Origin: Actinomycetota bacterium
GTDB lineage: Bacteria > Actinomycetota > Actinomycetes > Nanopelagicales > Nanopelagicaceae
Assembly (NCBI GenBank): GCA_947486485.1
Contig: CANKTS010000001.1
Location: forward strand, 1-35,849
DNA: 35,849 nt
Direction: 5' to 3'
The translations under genes were made by a program, and so were the position numbers. This document shows, piece by piece, positions 32,060-35,849 of this stretch. The notes beneath the pieces are model-generated. The model was not told the origin of the DNA. It searched no databases and saw nothing but the letters and a program-made list of their open reading frames with translations. Position 1 is the first letter of the stretch, and each line of letters opens with the position of its first letter.

Positions 32060-33931
32060 ATGTCAATGCATGCAACTTGGATGTCCTTCAGATCTTTAAC
32101 TCAAGATCAATCTGTTAAGAATCAGAAGCTAAAGCCAGGTACTTTAAAGCGCATCGCCAAGTTTGCTATTCCATATAAAGTATCGCTTACTTTTTTTCTA
32201 ATTACAGTTGTCATTGACGCATTTCTAGTAGTTGCCACCCCTTTATTACTTAGAAAACTAATTGATGATGGTGTGATTCCAAAAAACGCAGAGTTAGTTA
32301 CAAAGTTAGCTTTTGCAGTTGGTGTGATCGCAGTTATGGATGCTCTATTTAGTATGGCTGGTAGGTGGTTTTCTTCCCGAATTGGTGAAGGCCTTATTTA
32401 TGATCTAAGGAAGCAGATATTTGAACATGTCCAAAGACAATCAATTGCCTTCTTTACTAGAACTCAAACGGGGGCGTTGATCTCCAGACTTAATTCTGAT
32501 GTAATCGGAGCGCAACAAGCTTTCACATCAACTTTATCTGGGGTGATCAGCAATCTTTTAAGTTTAATTTTGGTTGCAATAACAATGTTTACTCTCTCTT
32601 GGCAGATTACTTTAGTTTCTCTCGTATTGCTCCCAGTGTTTTTGCTGCCGACAAAATGGGTTGGTCGAAAGCTACAAGGCTATACAAGGCAGTCTTTTGA
32701 TATGAATGCCCAGATGTCAGCAAATATGACTGAGCGGTTTAATGTTTCTGGTGCTTTGCTAGTCTCACTTTATGGCGATCCAAAAATCGAAAAAGCTGAT
32801 TTTGCAGTAAAGGCACGTAAGGTTGCAGATATTGGTATTTCAATAGCAATGCTGAATCGAATTTTCTTCATCGCCTTAACCTCGATTGCAGCAGTTGCCA
32901 CAGCGGTTGCTTATGGAATTGGTGGGCATCTGGCCATTAATAGTGAGTTAACGGTTGGAACTTTGCTAGCCATTACAGCATTACTTGCCAGATTGTATGG
33001 ACCATTAACCGCGTTATCTAATGTGAGAGTTGATGTAATGAGTGCGCTAGTTTCATTTGAGAGAGTATTTGAGGTTTTAGATTTACAGCCAATGGTCGTA
33101 GATTCAAAGAATCCAATAGAGCTCAACACAAGTAAGCCAGAATTAAAGTTCGAAAATGTTTCCTTCTCATACCCAAAGGCTGAAGAGATATCTCTTGCCT
33201 CTCTTGAAATCGCAGCAAAACCAGAGATGATGATTAGCGGTGAAGTGCTTAGAAAAATATCATTTACGGCAGCCCCGGGTACTTTAACTGGAATTGTTGG
33301 ACCATCTGGGGCAGGCAAAAGCACAATAAGCGGTTTGATACCTAGGCTCTATGACGTTACCGATGGTTCAATTTCAATAAATGGAAGAGATATTCGGGAT
33401 TATTCAATAAGGTCTCTCCGCAACGTAATTGGGGTAGTAACGCAGGATTCTCATATGTTCCACGATTCCATTTTGGTGAATCTTAAATATGCTAAAGCGG
33501 ATGCTTCACTTGCTGAAATAGAAGAGGTTTGTAGATCTGCTCGAATTTGGGAGTTTATTACATCCTTGCCGAATGGTTTAGACACGGTTGTCGGAGAACG
33601 CGGACATCGATTGTCAGGTGGTGAAAAACAGAGGCTAGCAATCGCTAGATTATTATTAAAGCAGCCAAGCCTTGTGATTCTAGATGAGGCAACAGCACAT
33701 TTAGATTCTGAAAATGAAGCAATGGTTCAAGCCGCCTTGAAAGAGGCACTAACTGGTAGAACAAGTATCGTGATTGCGCACCGATTATCAACTATTGCTC
33801 AAGCTGATCAGATCTTAGTAATTGATAAGGGTGAGATTGTAGAGCAAGGTACTCATGAGCAACTAGTTGAAAAGCGCGGTCTCTACTTTGATCTATATGA
33901 GAGACAGAACCTGCAGGGAGAGTTAATTTAG
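32060..33931 (+). CDS. ABC exporter, fused permease/ATPase (MsbA/MdlB-like)
   Basis: N-terminal [29 protein letters not shown]; TAAGGT-6 nt-ATG leaderless start. Confidence 0.93.
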   Translation: MSMHATWMSFRSLTQDQSVKNQKLKPGTLKRIAKFAIPYKVSLTFFLITVVIDAFLVVATPLLLRKLIDDGVIPKNAELVTKLAFAVGVIAVMDALFSMAGRWFSSRIGEGLIYDLRKQIFEHVQRQSIAFFTRTQTGALISRLNSDVIGAQQAFTSTLSGVISNLLSLILVAITMFTLSWQITLVSLVLLPVFLLPTKWVGRKLQGYTRQSFDMNAQMSANMTERFNVSGALLVSLYGDPKIEKADFAVKARKVADIGISIAMLNRIFFIALTSIAAVATAVAYGIGGHLAINSELTVGTLLAITALLARLYGPLTALSNVRVDVMSALVSFERVFEVLDLQPMVVDSKNPIELNTSKPELKFENVSFSYPKAEEISLASLEIAAKPEMMISGEVLRKISFTAAPGTLTGIVGPSGAGKSTISGLIPRLYDVTDGSISINGRDIRDYSIRSLRNVIGVVTQDSHMFHDSILVNLKYAKADASLAEIEEVCRSARIWEFITSLPNGLDTVVGERGHRLSGGEKQRLAIARLLLKQPSLVILDEATAHLDSENEAMVQAALKEALTGRTSIVIAHRLSTIAQADQILVIDKGEIVEQGTHEQLVEKRGLYFDLYERQNLQGELI

Positions 33932-34195
33932 TCGCTTACGCTTTGGCGTAAAAATTGCATCTTTATTTATTGTTTCTCGCCCAGCATTTGCTGCCACTAC
34001 TGCAATGTAAGGCAGAGTAACTGCGCCAACTAATGCGATCCAACGGTATGGACTTGGAAGAATGACGGTGAGAATAAAGCAGATAGTTCTAATCATCATA
34101 GAAATAAAGTACCGACGCTGCCGTACTGATTGATCAGTTGTCAGACCAGCCTGAGCATTGGTTATTGATTGGGCAGTTACTTTCTTTTTTCTCAC
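33923..34195 (-). CDS. DUF3099 family small membrane protein
   Basis: QSIT...[16 protein letters not shown]...[10 protein letters not shown] pattern. GTG 34195 follows TATGAT-6 nt; the track start at 34270 lies inside a terminator. Confidence 0.82.
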   Translation of the reverse strand: MRKKKVTAQSITNAQAGLTTDQSVRQRRYFISMMIRTICFILTVILPSPYRWIALVGAVTLPYIAVVAANAGRETINKDAIFTPKRKRLN

Positions 34196-34231
34196 CCTTA
34201 AATCATATATCAGATAGGAATTTATCGAGGC

Positions 34232-34270
34232 AAAAATGAGACGGCCCACATCAAGTGTGAGCCGTCTCAT
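34232..34270 (-). terminator. Intrinsic terminator of the uracil permease gene
   Basis: Minus strand ATGAGACGGCTCACA-CTTGA-TGTGGGCCGTCTCAT then TTTT; the T.G wobble favours the minus strand. Confidence 0.9.
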
Positions 34271-34280
34271 TAATTTCTAA

Positions 34281-35539
34281 CTAGGAACGAGAGGTTCCTC
34301 TAGATTTAGCAATTCGACTAAATATTTGATAGCCAAATACTGACATTAGAGTTGCATTGATAATGCCACTAAATGTGAAATCACCACGAGTCCAAGCCAT
34401 GTCTGAGATACCAATGATTAGTGATGAGGCTGCAATATAAAGATTAATTGGGTCAGCAAAGTTCACTCTGCCATCAATCCAAATTCTTGCACCTAACACA
34501 CCAATCATTCCAAATAGCGCAACAGTTACGCCGCCCTTAACTCCAGATGGAGTAGCAGAGAGTATTGCGCCAAACTTTGGTGATAGTGCTAGAAATATTG
34601 CACCAACACCAGCAAAGATATAAGCAAGTGTTGAGTAAACCCGACTTGCTGCCATTACGCCAATATTTTCAGCGTAAGTTGTTGTTCCAGAGCCGCCACC
34701 TAAACCAGCAAGTGTGGTTGCTGCGCCATCTGCAATTAAGGCATTTCCAATTTGACTATCTAGATTCTTACCAGTCATAGCCGCCACAGCTTTAACGTGG
34801 CCAACATTCTCAGCAATCAGAACTAGAACAACTGGTAGGAATAGCAACATTGCGCTGCTATCAAATGTTGGTGAGGTGAATGTTGGCATAGCAAACATTT
34901 TTGCTGCCTTTACTCCTGTAAAATCGACATCACCCATTAATGCTGCAACAACATAGCCGACTACAAGTCCGGCGAAAATACTGATTCTCCCGATAAAGCC
35001 TTTGAAGAATGCTGAGATAAAGCCGATTGAAAGTAAGGTGATCAGACCAACACGTTGACCCTGCATGAAATCATTCTTTGCTGCCCCTGCAAGGTTTAGT
35101 CCGATAACCATCACGATTGTGCCAGTAACAACTGGTGGTAAAAATGTGTCAATCCAACCTGTACCAGCCGACTTAGCTATAAAACCAACAACTGCTAGCA
35201 AAACACCGGCTGCAACTATGCCGCCGAGTGCTGCTGGTATTCCTCCAGAGGTTTTAGCTGCAGCGACTGGCGCAAGGAATGCGAAGGAAGACCAAGATAG
35301 CTTGGTAACTTATTTTGAGTAAGAACGATAAATAACAGCGTTCCGATACCTGAGAAAAATAAAGTTGTAGTCGGTGAGAATCCAGTGATAATTGGTACTA
35401 GAAATGTTGCACCAAACATTGCAACTATGTGTTGTAGGCCCATACCCATGGTACGAGGCCAGGAGAGTCTTTCATCTATTCCTACAACCTCGCCCGATTG
35501 TATATTTTTTCCATCTCCATGAAGTTTCCAGCTAAGCAT
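34281..35539 (-). pseudogene. uraA: Uracil-xanthine (NCS2/NAT) permease, UraA/PyrP-like, with a 1-bp frameshift (true pseudogene or sequence error)
   Basis: N-part GLQHIVAMFGAT...LPSYLG (35539-35292) and C-part SSFAFLAP...PPVVTG...AENVGH...TTYAENIGV lie in different frames. Adding one base at 35291 gives a 419-aa protein. SD AAGGAG at 35550-35545. Confidence 0.85.
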
Positions 35540-35553
35540 CATTGCTCCTTATC

Positions 35554-35596
35554 ATTTGATGTGTGCCTTAATACTTAAAGCACACAGATTTCAAAT
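35554..35596 (-). promoter_or_regulatory. Long hairpin/inverted repeat in the permease 5' leader
   Basis: ATTTGA-(AATC)-TGTGTGCTTTAA-GTA-TTAAGGCACACA-TCAAAT, ending 3 nt before the SD. Confidence 0.6.
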
Positions 35597-35718
35597 CCCA
35601 AAGGGGGTGGGTTTAATTAAAAAGAATAGAACTGAAATAGCGATTTACTCGTAGGTATCTCCAAAAGTTGACCAAAATTTTAATCAGAATCATGTCCCCA
35701 CGCTCAATTTCCTCCCCT

Positions 35719-35833
35719 GGCATTGATTCGGTAGGATCAGCCCATCAAGTGGATGCATACGCTCCCACCTACTTCGCTTAGGCGAACTGGTTGCTTCTTA
35801 TGAAGCGCGGCTGTCTTTCGCTTGTGTAATGCC
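35719..35833 (-). ncRNA. Candidate structured non-coding RNA, family unassigned
   Basis: TAGATT -10 just upstream; closing stem GGCATT/AATGCC; internal hairpins GCTTC-ATAA-GAAGC, TTCGC-CTAA-GCGAA and GTAGG/CCTAC; more GC-rich than the flanking intergenic DNA. Confidence 0.5.
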
Positions 35834-35849
35834 TTAACAATCTAAGCGA

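Noticed and set aside
34196-34270. N-terminal extension of the DUF3099 ORF
   Set aside because: It runs through the permease terminator and the TATGAT promoter; GTG 34195 is the better start.
35700-35770. TPP-riboswitch-like words on the minus strand (GGGAGC...GGGCTGA...AATGCCAG)
   Set aside because: The CUGAGA and GAACCUGAU cores are missing, so it was not called TPP.
35692-35781. Plus-strand 29-codon ORF MSPRSISSPG...
   Set aside because: No SD or clear -10; the wobble pairs and the promoter favour a minus-strand RNA.

Overview
Core-genome window of a low-GC (roughly 40%), streamlined actinobacterium. Gene content and order resemble freshwater acI/Nanopelagicales; this is inferred, not searched. 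Order: pyk 3' end, tRNA-Leu(CAA), ANTAR regulator, PaaI thioesterase, polA, MFS, rpsA, coaE-uvrB-uvrA-uvrC-yvcK-whiA, gap-pgk-tpiA-secG-rbpA, a minus-strand ctaA-tkt-tal-pgi unit, the sufR-sufBD-Rieske-sufCSU-sufT operon, an ABC exporter, DUF3099 and a uracil permease split by a 1-bp frameshift. No mobile element, CRISPR array or defence system is visible. The most interesting unexplained feature is a promoter-preceded, multi-stem non-coding element of about 115 nt (35719-35833) upstream of the permease that I cannot assign to a known RNA family. Other points: pervasive leaderless promoters, an ANTAR gene starting 1 nt after a tRNA, a SufR operator overlapping its own start codon, and clean local loss of rapZ and zwf/opcA/pgl.
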